A stretch of DNA of 64,000 nucleotides. It comes from Eukaryota sp. TZLM1-RC. Its lineage: Eukaryota > Protista > Metamonada: BaSk clade. Each line of letters opens with the position of its first letter. Position 1 is the stretch's first letter. Made by a program: the position numbers and the translations under genes. Below the pieces are notes generated by a model. The model saw only the letters and a program-made list of their open reading frames with translations. It was not told the DNA's origin and made no database searches. This document shows positions 36,312 to 47,159 of this stretch, in pieces. Location of the stretch: assembly GCA_040285825.1 (NCBI GenBank), contig JAUPSS010000007.1:1710689-1774688 (forward strand). Reading direction: 5' to 3'.

Positions 36312-37620
36312 CAAACTTGTTAATCACAATCACAATGTGATCACAATCACACATTGTGACTTAATTGAATTTAAAGACAATACAGTCGACTCTTTGCAAT
36401 AACATATCAATAACGATAACCAGCACCTATAGTTGTAGAACCTATGTGCACTCGGCAAGTGAACATACTTAATTTCAATACTGTCCGTTCTTCAGGATCA
36501 TCAAAAGTATAAAAGAAGTACAAGACGAATTCATTTTGAACGATCAGCTGCAAAGTTCGTCTCCAACACTGGTTGAGGAGTTGAATATGGAGTGGAATAC
36601 ATCCAAAATGGTTGAAAAAGTTCGTAGAAGAAGTAGTTTTTCGTGACAGTTTGCCTAACAATACTCATCTTAATGTAATAAATGTTCTGTCAAATTGAAT
36701 TATCGGATTGTTCTTGCAGAATGTTTATACATGTGATCGCATTTGTGATTGTGATCACAAACTTTTTTTTAACAAAATTTTAATTTTATTCAAAACCTAT
36801 AAATCAACATCTAAAAAATCCATCTCTCTCAGAACAAAAACACTAGATGCAACTCTCTCATAGTGAGATCCAAGAGAAAGCAAAGCATCAGAAACCATCT
36901 TCAACATTCCCTTAAAAATAGAAAACACAATTCTATTTTGCCAAAACAATCTGTTGAAATTTCTCCCAGTTCTTCTCTTTACAATCATTTCAAAATAATC
37001 CAAAAAACGTAAAGCAGTTGGTGAAAGTGAACCAAAAAGGGAAAATACAAATGGATACAAATTGTATTTTGCATGCTGTAGACTGGCCAATTTGGACAAA
37101 GGTTCATTGTATTTTTTGAATTTAAAATTTTCAGCATTTGAAAGGGGATTATGAATTTCAGAATTAACAAGCCTTTCATTTGAGGCATTACAAGGATCAA
37201 CAGACATTACAACCAATAAAATAAAGCTTCCATCTAATCCAGGTAATATGACATCACCTCTATTATTCTTATGAAAATCATTTTCAGCATCAAACAGATT
37301 TGACAACAGAGGTTCCAAGAAGGATTCAATTCTATGAGATTTACACATACAATATAACTGGTCTCTTACAGCATCATGAACCTTGCTTCTAAAAGTAATA
37401 AAATGTTTACAATTTAACAAATGAGTAGTTGTAATTTCTCGAGAACATTTACAAATTAAATTATGAGGTAAATTATCAGGCCAGATAAAGGAACGAAATC
37501 TCATATTCAGAGTCCATGCAGAATCGGATAAGAGAGTACCATAAACTTGTGGAATTGTTGTTACTAAGGCAGAAGAAGTACTGTCACAGTAACAGTAATG
37601 TGTTGTGATTAATAAGTATG
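36312..37620. mobile_element. Possible TIR element remnant with ATCACA subterminal repeats, interrupted by a retro insertion
   Basis: Ends caaacttgttaatcacaa / ttgtgattaataagtatg; inverted 16-mer tgtgatcacaatcaca at 36336-36351 and 36744-36759; GAAT on both flanks. Confidence 0.45.
36762..37588 (-). mobile_element. 5'-truncated family-B CRE-like copy, near-identical to 32546-33369
   Basis: ORF 36797-37504 almost identical to the C-terminus of the 30451 element, without its frameshifts; poly(T) at ~36763. Confidence 0.92.
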
Positions 37621-37688
37621 GAATTGCTTACTAGTTCAATTTCAACACTCAATCCAACATAGTCTTATTTATATAGCCTTATTTCTCT

Positions 37689-38291
37689 ATGGTAAAGTTC
37701 AGCTTTTGTGGTGGTAACGATGCTCCTGACTGGCTGCTTTCAGAAATTACTCTTCTTTCTCGTCTTTCTTCTGTCAGAGTGAAACTTCTCGCTATACAGG
37801 TAATTAACGAACTTTTGGGTGGAAGTATTGATGTATGTTGGTTCATATTCTCACAGTAGTATGATAAAATTCCTAAACTTGTGGGTAAGTTTGACTTCTC
37901 TGACTCTGACATACGTGCTTCTTTAGCTGCTCTCACGTTTATCTTCCGCTGTGCTGCACAGTTCGATGTTTCTCATGAGACCCTTTCTTCTGAATTACAA
38001 CAATTGGGTCTCCCTGTAGAAACTAGTGGTTCTTTATCTAGATCCTTTAGAGACAAGGGAACTCTTATTAAGTCCGAATTAGCACAGTACTCCCTTCGCT
38101 TACCAAAATTAGAAAACTTCAAGTATCGTTTGGACTCTGTTTTTCCTTCTGGAATGGACATTTCTGTACTTTTTCAAACAAATGAAGGTACCCCTCTTCC
38201 AATAACACTCGATCAGGTTCAAGTTCGTGAGCTTTTGTCTGAATTGAAAGTTGTAAAGGGAGAAATGAATAGGATACTGGAGTCCTTGTAG
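37689..38291 (+). CDS. COMMD4: COMM domain protein 4 (2 exons: 37689-37832, 37860-38291; ~191 aa)
   Basis: 'MVKFSFCGGNDAPDWLLSEI..LSRLSSVRVKLL' and 'LSSELQQLGLP' are characteristic of COMMD4. Confidence 0.9.
37833..37859 (+). other. Spliceosomal intron, 27 nt (COMMD4)
   Basis: gtatgt...ctcACagtag; removal joins GGSID|YDKI in frame. Confidence 0.88.
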
Positions 38292-38361
38292 ATTGTTTGT
38301 TGCTTAAAAACTGTAATTATGGAATATTGTTGGCAGAAAACACTTTTGGTCAATAAAAACT

Positions 38362-38790
38362 TTATATATCAACAACAACATAACAATGCCAAACATTCTC
38401 TGAATTTTCTATTCTCATTGCAGAATAGGTAATGGCTTTGATGTCAGCACCTCCTTCATGCTTATCACGTTTGAATACCTCACCTTTTAGGGTGCATTTC
38501 AAAGAACAGCTGTCGGTGTTGATAACTAAATCTGAGATATGTTTAGTAATAAAAAAGTCTGTTTGGAATAGGAAGAGAATCTCATCAAGAAACCTAAAGA
38601 GACAGTTTTCGAGATCAGAGCCTTCTATTTCAATAGTCTGTGTCTTGGAAGAATCGATACCAACTAAATCTAAAGGACATGAGTAATTCATCATTGCTAG
38701 AGCTGTTTGTTCGAATGCAGAGGCTAGGGATGGTCCATAGCCATGTAATTGTATATCTGCTGGGTGGTCAAGGTATTCATAGCCAATCAT
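38362..38790 (-). CDS. ZBTB8OS: Archease (tRNA ligase cofactor)
   Basis: 'YEYLDHPADIQLHGYG.SL..AFEQ','KAITYS', C-terminal 'VVVDI'. Confidence 0.92.
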   Translation of the reverse strand: MIGYEYLDHPADIQLHGYGPSLASAFEQTALAMMNYSCPLDLVGIDSSKTQTIEIEGSDLENCLFRFLDEILFLFQTDFFITKHISDLVINTDSCSLKCTLKGEVFKRDKHEGGADIKAITYSAMRIENSENVWHCYVVVDI

Positions 38791-39019
38791 TGACAATGAT
38801 GAGTTGAAGACACAAATTCAAACAATGTTTCATTCACTAAAGATGATTGCTTACATTGATGATGCAGTTCTTATAGGCCACTTAACGATTGTGGAAAAGC
38901 AACTTTATGTTTTTTTAAAAAAATAAAAACTGTTTAGCAATTATTGAACAATATGGCTTCGAAAAATAACAATTAATACAATATACAACTATAATAAAAC
39001 TGAACTTTCATAATCGTGT

Positions 39020-40380
39020 ATTACTTTCACTCCAATTTCGACGTTAGTTGATGGAATTGGAATTAAAGCCAATTTAATTCATCTTATGCTATTCATCTAT
39101 TAGGTTGGTTTTTATTATTTAATGGTAAACTTTCTAAGAAATTGTTTGATGAATTGAATAAAAAAATTAATATTTCTGCGACATTGACAATATAATGAAA
39201 GTGGGTGTACAGCAACAAATTAAATTTACCAGAAAGAGATTATGTTTTAATTGACACTCTCCTGGTCTATTCCGAGCTACTTATCTTCTCATCTCTAGAT
39301 CTGTGGCCAGCAATTTGAAAGATTTCGTGCTAAAGTATTGTCAAAATTTACAGTATGCAAATTGTTCCAGATTAATCAAGCTGATGTTAGTTTTCTTTAT
39401 GGTATTTTAGGCTTTATTAAAGTCTGAATATTTAACTTGTCTGCAATCCTTGGTGGATGTAGAAATGCAATGTGTGAGTTTTCTGAAAGATTTGCAGATT
39501 GGGAAGATCTTTCAGCAGCAACCCAAAACTCCACTATTCTTGTATTCAACCAATGTATGGAGTAGATCTTTTCTGAACGCTTGGCTTTTTTGAATTGAGA
39601 TCTTGACTCTTTGTTTTGAGAAAAAGTCTATGCAAGAGTAGTTGGCGCTTTTAGGCTTAAATAGAATAAGGGCAAAATAAATCAACTTACCTCATTCTTT
39701 ATCATGACTTCTCTTAATACTTCGACTTAAGGCAACAGAGTTAGTCATGGGATTCATCACTATCTGTCACAATTGTGCTGCGAAGGTTTGGTCTACGTGC
39801 TAGTAATGCAGCGTTTGCAGCAATAATGAGATTACATTTAAATAGTTACAAATGACCAATATTTATTGAAATAACACTGTATTTGTTCTAATTCATCACA
39901 GCTCACTTTGCGGCAGGCTTTAAATTGTCCAAAAATGATAACTTTCGTTCTTCATTACATGATCCAGTTAGGGACACGGTTTTTACAGGGCAAGGAATGC
40001 AAGAATCTCATGTATTAAGGAGCATTTGCTTAAAGGGACACTGTCATCAAACAAGTTTGGTTCTGATGATAGAGCTGATATTTACTGTGATTGGATTGAT
40101 AACTCTGAAGCTGTTGTTGACTTTGTCTCATGGAATGTTGCAAATGACACTTTGATTCAAACAAGAAAACTTAATTCTATGTATACACAGTGAAAGAGAA
40201 ACATTGGAAACATAACAAAGATATTGAAGCTAATACTGATAGAAATAGACCACTTGTTTTTATTACATTCCCATTTTATATAATCGGAAGACTATCAGTA
40301 GAAGCAGGAAACTTTTTGAATGATATCCAAAAATGGTTCAAGAAAAAACAATGAAGACATTTGATGTCTGTCAAGGCACT
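39020..40380 (+). mobile_element. Heavily decayed family-A CRE-like copy
   Basis: DNA homology to family A ('ggtggatgtagaaatgcaat','cgttcttcattacatgat','gttgcaaatgacacttt'); many stops. Confidence 0.8.
39640..39737 (+). repeat. Solo copy of the ~100-bp TG...CA repeat with 4-bp TSD, inserted in the family-A copy
   Basis: (a)gttggcgc...aaataaatcaacttacctcattc...ggcaaca matches the reverse complement of 35668-35771; GAGT at 39636-39639 and 39738-39741. Confidence 0.7.
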
Positions 40381-40446
40381 CACGAATTCGATTCGCATCA
40401 ATTGATAGTTTATCAATAGGACAAGCAAGGGGAAAAATCAGATCAA

Positions 40447-40541
40447 GTAATGTCAATGCTGTTCTGAATACGATTTATAGGAAGTATTCAGAGAAATGAA
40501 AGACCATTATATCAACCTAGGCTTCCTACTATTTGACATTT
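40447..40541 (+). mobile_element. 3'-terminal fragment of the Fanzor element (second copy)
   Basis: 40447-40478 matches 23417-23448 at 29/32 nt (NVNAVLN); followed by 'GSIQRNERPLYQ' and the 16-mer ctactatttgacattt also at 23523-23538. Confidence 0.7.
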
Positions 40542-40556
40542 GTTTGCCCAAAGCTA

Positions 40557-41003
40557 ATGTCTATCAATATTGCTATTCTAGGAACCTCCCGTGTTTCATC
40601 CTTGATTGATGTTATAGTAAACTCATCGTCAACAAAACCGAAACAGTCACAAACTTTAACACCTCTACGGGTCTGGCATGTTCCCCAAACCAACGCAAGG
40701 TTGTGGGAAGTCTGTAGCGGCCCTGACAGTAATGCCGTTTACTCTCTTCTACCTTCAGCTGCATCTGCCTTTATCTTAATCATTAATGCATCACAACCAG
40801 ATGAAGTCACTTCTCTTTTACCTATATGCAAAAACAAACCCATTTTTCTTGTTGTTGACCACCCTGACGAGGCTTCCCTTGATATTGGTTCCCTTCTTCC
40901 TAATGAATTTCACAGTAAACCGTTAGCCGTTTGTGATCTAAGCTCCAGGGAGACTGCACGTCTGGTTAAGCATGATGTTATGGACTGGATCTCAGAGTTG
41001 TAG
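40557..41003 (+). CDS. Hypothetical protein, possibly a degenerate small-GTPase fold
   Basis: 148 aa; 'INIAILG','RLWEV.SG','AFILIIN','KPIFLVVD' follow Ras/Arf strand order, but GKT/DxxG/NKxD are absent. Confidence 0.5.
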   Translation: MSINIAILGTSRVSSLIDVIVNSSSTKPKQSQTLTPLRVWHVPQTNARLWEVCSGPDSNAVYSLLPSAASAFILIINASQPDEVTSLLPICKNKPIFLVVDHPDEASLDIGSLLPNEFHSKPLAVCDLSSRETARLVKHDVMDWISEL

Positions 41004-41203
41004 AGTAAAGATTTTGAATGAAAGGTGATTTAATTAATTTATTGGCAAACAATTGTTGAATAACTAGGTCTTTGTTATTGAAAAATAACAATATTATTTC
41101 AAATTCAAAGAATAATGTACAAATAAATATTAAACAAATTAAAACTGTCAAAAAACACAATATACAAAAATACTAAAAACCCCAAAAAAAAGAACCAACA
41201 AAA

Positions 41204-42007
41204 TCATTTTTTCCGTTGTTTCCTTAAATTTTGAAGAATACTGCTACTAGAGATAGATTCACTAGCTTTACTTGGCTTATTTACAGCCCAGCCATTAGCT
41301 AATCTATTTGCTTTACAATTAAAGCTGGCAGTAGACTTTGAAGAGACGGATTTCTTTTTGAAATCAACAAAGTTTTGTTTGTCGTTTATAACTGGTTTCC
41401 GGTCCTTAATACCTATCACCTGTCGCCTTGGGAAAGCCACACGGTCAGGTGAACCTAAAGGAGAAGTTTGAGTTGGTGAGGTGTAATTAGGATCTAACAT
41501 CTGAATACTAAGAGGAGATAGTTTGGACATTGGTCTAGCAGGAGAGAAGGGTGATGAAGTAGGAGAAGCTCCTTCATATACAATGGAAAGATCACTATCA
41601 GCAGGGGAAGAAGGAAGAGGTTTGGGCGGTGGTTGAGCAGGTATTAAGGGAGAAGGAACACGTGGCTCATCAGGGAGGAGCGGTTGGGGATCAGGGAGAG
41701 AAACACTAGATGGTTGGGTGTAGTTGAGCTCTTGGATGAACTTGATGAGGTCTAGATCTTCTGAAGACGGCTTATGGGAAAAGATAAGATCATCTTCGAA
41801 ATCTTCATAGTCGTTCAGCTTGCGGACAGTTGTACTTCCGTCAGCATCAAAGAGAAATACACTGTCATTGAATGTAAGAAAAGGTCTCTTTTTTCCAGAA
41901 GGTTTATGTGGGACGATACTGTCTTCAGGAAGAAGATCTGGTAAAGGTCCAGGTTCAGGAGATTCTGGGACAGTAGAATCAGAATCATAGTCATAATCAG
42001 CACCCAT
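41204..42007 (-). CDS. Hypothetical Pro/Ser-rich protein
   Basis: 267-aa ORF, many SP motifs, basic C-terminus; divergent from the 42132 gene (124-nt gap). Confidence 0.7.
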   Translation of the reverse strand: MGADYDYDSDSTVPESPEPGPLPDLLPEDSIVPHKPSGKKRPFLTFNDSVFLFDADGSTTVRKLNDYEDFEDDLIFSHKPSSEDLDLIKFIQELNYTQPSSVSLPDPQPLLPDEPRVPSPLIPAQPPPKPLPSSPADSDLSIVYEGASPTSSPFSPARPMSKLSPLSIQMLDPNYTSPTQTSPLGSPDRVAFPRRQVIGIKDRKPVINDKQNFVDFKKKSVSSKSTASFNCKANRLANGWAVNKPSKASESISSSSILQNLRKQRKK

Positions 42008-42131
42008 TAAACATCAATTTAATGAGAAGATTAGCAGAAGCGAATCAGTAGGTCCTGGAAATGGAGGGGGATGTTGCATTTGTTCAATTTTGTTGCATCA
42101 CATCATCAGAACCTATTGAAACTGACTCCAC

Positions 42132-45100
42132 ATGACCTCTTGGCGCAACATATCTGACCAATTTGAGGGTCTTGCATCAAGAGGACGCAAAGGGCAGCAA
42201 CCTCATTTTGAGGCATCCACACCTGTTCTTCATTCTTCTTTCACTGATTCTTCAGTTTCTACAAAACCTGCCCGTACACTTCCTGCTCCTCCACCCTCAG
42301 ATTCTCCTTTCCACCTTCATTCTGATAACTTTGATGACTTTGAGTCCGTCTTGGAACATCTCCAAGCAGAAAAGGATGAAGAGATCGAAGCATTACGGCA
42401 CGAACTTACCACAACACTCAATGCAAAAGAAGTCGAACTAGCTGAAGCTCGCACCATTGCTGAACGTTACCGCGCAGAAATGGAAAGACTTGAAGAAGCT
42501 CAACACAACAGCAAGGAGAAGGAAGACTCTGAAAAGGAATCACTGTTGACAGCAAAGAAGGTACTTTCAGAGGAGAATGCCAAACTTTCGCAGCAGATTA
42601 ATGACCTACAACAATCCCATCATGTCATGATTGAAGAGCTGAGGGGTGAAAACCAAACACTTGCTGAAGAGCTCAATCAACTTCATGATCAATTTAGGGA
42701 AGTCAATCAAAATCAGTTGACCAAGCAAGAAGATTACACTAAACAGGTTGCCAGTCTCCGTGAAGAGCTTGAGTCAAAGTCAAGAGAAGTCTCTAGAATA
42801 ACCAAGAAACTTGACCATGAAGCTCAAAAATCAGATCATTTAAGATCTGAACTCGCAAAGGAAAGAGAAGGTCATAAAAGAAAGTATGACAGTCTAAGTA
42901 AGGATCAAGTCTTGAATAGTCAAAATATTCAGCAGTTAAACTCCAAAATTTCAGATTTAGAAGCTGAATTAACCCATAACAGTATCACACACCAAGAAGA
43001 ACAATTACGAATGGAAGCCCAAATTGAATCACTTACAGAACAACTTTCTTTAAAAAATACTTCTGTTTACGAGTTGGAACATCAAGTTGGAAGTTTGACT
43101 GATGAAATTGAAAATTTAAGGCTGTCGCATGACGAAGAGTGTCAAAATTTTGTTGAACAGGTCAATCATTCTGATCAATTGATTGCTGATCTGAGATCTG
43201 AAAAAGAACACTTACACGCCAGAATTAATTCCCTTGAAGACAATATTGTAGATTTAAATGCGGAAATTAACAATTCTGTTAATGAGAAGGAGCAATTGTT
43301 TGAGAAAATGACGGCTTTGAGTAGGGAGTTTTCGGTCAAGGAATCGGGTTTTGAATCAATCAAATCACAAATGCAATCAGAAATTGATTCGTTGACTTCA
43401 GTCATCAGTGACCTCCAGACCAATCACTCAGACGAAATCAATCAAAAAGATCAGTTAATCAACGAATATTTTGATGATAATAGTCGATTAAATGATTCAA
43501 TATCCAGTCTCACAAAAGAAAAACTTGCCATTCACCAATCATTTACTACCACAAAGAAGACTTTAAGTTCGAAAGTTGCACAATTAGAATCTAAAGTAGA
43601 AGAGTTAAATGAAGAATTGGCCTCTACAATTAAATCAAAGGATGAAGAAATTTACACTCTTTCTGAGAGACTTTCCGAAACTGTCGGCCATGCTGAATTA
43701 CTAGAGTCCCAATTGGATGAAGTAATCAAGGAAAGGGACATAGTGCAAAGTGAGTATGACGTCATCAGGGGCGATAATGACAGTCTGATCACCCAAAATG
43801 ATGAACTTAATAGGGAAGTTTTGGATATTACTGAAACTTTTAACGCCGAAAAACAATCATTAACTGAGGAAATATCACGTTTACAGGTTTCCCTTGAGAA
43901 TTCGGAAGCTTCTTTTCAATCAATTTCTGATTTACTGCAATCAGCCAATAACGACCAAGCCAGTCTGCAAAAGGAAAAATCTGAGGCAATTTCACTATTG
44001 AAAGGCCAAATTGATGATTTGTTACGCGATAAAGCTGAATTAGCCAAAGAATTAGAGTCAGTTAAGGAAGAATTCAATTCAAAAGAAGCTGAATTTACTT
44101 CTGAAACTTCATCTCTTTACTCGCAAATTTCTGAGTTGGATTCTATAATACATGAAAGGAATTTTACTATTTCATCACTTGAGAATCAAATTGAATCTAG
44201 TACAAGTAGTTTTAATTCTGAATTGGATGAATTTAAGTCTACCTGTGCTTCATTGGAAACCCAAGTTGAATCTTTAAAAATGGAAGTCAGTACCTTAAAG
44301 TTTAAATTATCTGAATTTGATGGAGAAAAGCAAGAATTAATTGGTGAATTAGAAACTAAAATAGAAGAATTGACTCTTGCGAATGAGGAATTATCTACCG
44401 CAAACCATCAAATAGATGAAGAAAAGAACAAAATTTCTATAGAATTAAATGAGCAAATTCAATTATTATTTGATGAAAAAAAGGAATTAAGCCAGAAAAT
44501 AACAGAATTAGACGATGTTAGGGACCAGTTGGAAGTTGAAGTTGATGATTACCAACAACGAATTCAAAATATCCAAAACAAATCGAAATCAGAACTCTCT
44601 GTATTAAATACTCAATTAACCGAGAATATTGAGGAACTTTCGGTTTTGAAAAGTAATTTCAATGAGGAAGTTTCTGGTCTCACGGAGCAACTAGATCAAA
44701 AATCGCTTGAAATTGATCGTCTTTTAGAAACAATACTGGAAAAGGACAACTCTATTTCTGAACTTCAACGTCAACTTGAATCTTTAAATTCTTTAGTTAC
44801 AACTCATGACAACACCATCTCTGTTCTTCACCAAGATTATTCTGCTGAAATTTCTGAATTAAAAACTGTAATTGAAAATGAAAGAGATACCAGTGACTTG
44901 ACCATTTCTGAATTGAAAAATGAAATCACTAGATTATCAGGAGCATTGACTGAATCCAATCTCATCAGTGATAAAAAAGGACAAAAACTAGAAGAATTAG
45001 ATGAAAACTTTCGCAAGTTTGTTCAAAATTTTGAGAATGATCTCTACTCTGTGAAAACTGAGCTCTTGGAAATGTCTAGTGTCGATATCGACAGCGCTAT

Positions 45101-47159
45101 TACCATTATTATCAACAAACAGCGAGCCTGGTATGATCAGCAACTGAGTTTGCTATATGATTCTTTGATCAAAACCACTGAAGATTTGGTTGTTCTACAG
45201 GAAACAAGAAATAATTTAGAAGTTCAAGTCAATCAGAAAAATGAAGAAATTCAAAAGATTTCCGCTGAATCTCGAGTTTTAAGAGCTGATTTTGACCTTT
45301 CTGAAAGTCAAAAAAGAGCACTTGAAGTCAAAACCAGTACTCTCAATGAAAAACTTAAGGTTATGAGTCAATCATTAGAAGAAGAAAAGGTACTTCACTC
45401 GTCTGCTAATCTTGCCAAAATTAGTGCATTAACTGAAGAAAATTCCATTCTGGTCGGTCAAAAAGAAAGCCTGAACAAACAGATTGATTATCTCAAAAAC
45501 CAGAGAAATGAGCTTTTAAAAGATCAATCAAAATTAGCAGAAAGGGTATCATCAACGCAGCGAGAACTTGATGACGAAAGACTTTCTGGCAGGAAGGTCC
45601 AGTCAGATCTTGAAAGTACAATTTCTGTGCTGGAGTCGAACTTGGCATCATTAAGAGAGGAAAAGGAGTTTGAAACTTCTAATTTAAAGTCTCAAGTTGG
45701 TGATCTCAACCTCAAAATTTCAAATCTGACATCTCAGTTGACAAGCACAGCTCACTCTCATGATTGTCACAAGAAGTCACTCAACCAAGCCAGTGAATCT
45801 TATAAACATAGAATTGATCTTTTGAATGATCAAGTGTCAGGGTTACAAGAAGAGCTCAGAAAAGCTCATGCTGAAAATTTGGCAGAAGTAAAGAAATATA
45901 GGCAACTGTGTAGTCAAAAGGATGAAGAAATCAGGGAACTTCAACGGAAAATTGAACTATCTGAAGAATCTCTTAAAAGAAGCCAAATTTCTGTTCGTGA
46001 AATGGAAAAGAATCGAGATTTAGTAAAATCTAAATCCGAAGCAGAAATTACGGGATTAAAAGAAAAAATCCAACGATTCCAGAATGATTTGGAATCAATC
46101 AGGGTGGAAAACGCAAGACTTTCTTCACAAGTCTCGGATCTAGAAGGTCAAAACTATAAACTTTCAATGAATTTGAATGAAGTCAGTCAATCCTGTTCAA
46201 GTTCATTATCTGTTGAGGTCTTGCAAAGTCAATTAGAGTCTATGAAAGTCCAGCTCACAAAGAATCAAGAACTACTAACATTGGTCCAAGAACAGAAGAA
46301 GCAATTGCAAATGGATAATTCAAATTTGGCTGATCAATTGTCCGAAATTGATGGTAAGTATTCAGTAGTTCAGGAACAGCTAAGGGAAGAGTTGGATGAG
46401 GCCAGAGAAGAACTCACAAGGAGTTCTCACTTGATTTCCAAACTTCAGGAAGAAAAAAAGCGATTAGAAACCGAAATTGTATCACTCAATCAATCAATTG
46501 ACAGTCAAGCAGAGTCAATCAGAAAGCTTAATGATTTGATTGAGCAAAAAGAGCAGGAGATAACGTATCATGTTAGTGAAAAACAAGCATTTGAAGCAGA
46601 TCAGCATCGATCTTTTTCACAAATGAAAAATGAAATTCAACGACTGGAAGAAGAGCTGAAGAGAGAAAAGGCTCAAAATCGAACAATTTCGGAACAATTG
46701 GATCAGATTTCTCAGGAATTCAGTGATGTGTCTACCAGATATGACCTCTTGAAAGCCGAAAATGATGAATTGGGATCTAAATATTTTACAGAAGTGGAAT
46801 CCCTTCAATCAAAAATTGATGGATTAATGACCACCTTGGAGTCTACCAAAGCTTCCCTCGATAAGGCTACATCAGAAAGAGATTCTATGTTAAAGAGACA
46901 TGAAAAGGAAGTCCTCCAGCTGCAGGATTCAATTACTAGGTACTCTCATCAACTAAAAATTTCTGAGTCAACGCTAAAGAATTTAAAAAATAATTCATCA
47001 ACTTCTTCTGTGGATTTGGCGATGCTTGCTTCCAATTATGAAGATGTTCAATCTCAATTAGTTCGAAGTCAGCAACGTTGCGAGTTACTGGAAAGTAAAT
47101 GCAATACTTTAGAAACCTATGTGAATCGCCTCAAAAGAATGTTGCAGGAAAAGCAGTAA
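42132..47159 (+). CDS. Large coiled-coil protein (cytoskeletal/centrosomal/golgin-like)
   Basis: 1675-aa uninterrupted ORF, E/L/S/K/Q-rich heptad pattern. Confidence 0.85.
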   Translation: MTSWRNISDQFEGLASRGRKGQQPHFEASTPVLHSSFTDSSVSTKPARTLPAPPPSDSPFHLHSDNFDDFESVLEHLQAEKDEEIEALRHELTTTLNAKEVELAEARTIAERYRAEMERLEEAQHNSKEKEDSEKESLLTAKKVLSEENAKLSQQINDLQQSHHVMIEELRGENQTLAEELNQLHDQFREVNQNQLTKQEDYTKQVASLREELESKSREVSRITKKLDHEAQKSDHLRSELAKEREGHKRKYDSLSKDQVLNSQNIQQLNSKISDLEAELTHNSITHQEEQLRMEAQIESLTEQLSLKNTSVYELEHQVGSLTDEIENLRLSHDEECQNFVEQVNHSDQLIADLRSEKEHLHARINSLEDNIVDLNAEINNSVNEKEQLFEKMTALSREFSVKESGFESIKSQMQSEIDSLTSVISDLQTNHSDEINQKDQLINEYFDDNSRLNDSISSLTKEKLAIHQSFTTTKKTLSSKVAQLESKVEELNEELASTIKSKDEEIYTLSERLSETVGHAELLESQLDEVIKERDIVQSEYDVIRGDNDSLITQNDELNREVLDITETFNAEKQSLTEEISRLQVSLENSEASFQSISDLLQSANNDQASLQKEKSEAISLLKGQIDDLLRDKAELAKELESVKEEFNSKEAEFTSETSSLYSQISELDSIIHERNFTISSLENQIESSTSSFNSELDEFKSTCASLETQVESLKMEVSTLKFKLSEFDGEKQELIGELETKIEELTLANEELSTANHQIDEEKNKISIELNEQIQLLFDEKKELSQKITELDDVRDQLEVEVDDYQQRIQNIQNKSKSELSVLNTQLTENIEELSVLKSNFNEEVSGLTEQLDQKSLEIDRLLETILEKDNSISELQRQLESLNSLVTTHDNTISVLHQDYSAEISELKTVIENERDTSDLTISELKNEITRLSGALTESNLISDKKGQKLEELDENFRKFVQNFENDLYSVKTELLEMSSVDIDSAITIIINKQRAWYDQQLSLLYDSLIKTTEDLVVLQETRNNLEVQVNQKNEEIQKISAESRVLRADFDLSESQKRALEVKTSTLNEKLKVMSQSLEEEKVLHSSANLAKISALTEENSILVGQKESLNKQIDYLKNQRNELLKDQSKLAERVSSTQRELDDERLSGRKVQSDLESTISVLESNLASLREEKEFETSNLKSQVGDLNLKISNLTSQLTSTAHSHDCHKKSLNQASESYKHRIDLLNDQVSGLQEELRKAHAENLAEVKKYRQLCSQKDEEIRELQRKIELSEESLKRSQISVREMEKNRDLVKSKSEAEITGLKEKIQRFQNDLESIRVENARLSSQVSDLEGQNYKLSMNLNEVSQSCSSSLSVEVLQSQLESMKVQLTKNQELLTLVQEQKKQLQMDNSNLADQLSEIDGKYSVVQEQLREELDEAREELTRSSHLISKLQEEKKRLETEIVSLNQSIDSQAESIRKLNDLIEQKEQEITYHVSEKQAFEADQHRSFSQMKNEIQRLEEELKREKAQNRTISEQLDQISQEFSDVSTRYDLLKAENDELGSKYFTEVESLQSKIDGLMTTLESTKASLDKATSERDSMLKRHEKEVLQLQDSITRYSHQLKISESTLKNLKNNSSTSSVDLAMLASNYEDVQSQLVRSQQRCELLESKCNTLETYVNRLKRMLQEKQ

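Noticed and set aside
42024-42036. gagaagattagca, matching part of U6 snRNA
   Set aside because: Lacks the ACAGAG box and the downstream stem-loop; lies in a short divergent promoter; likely chance
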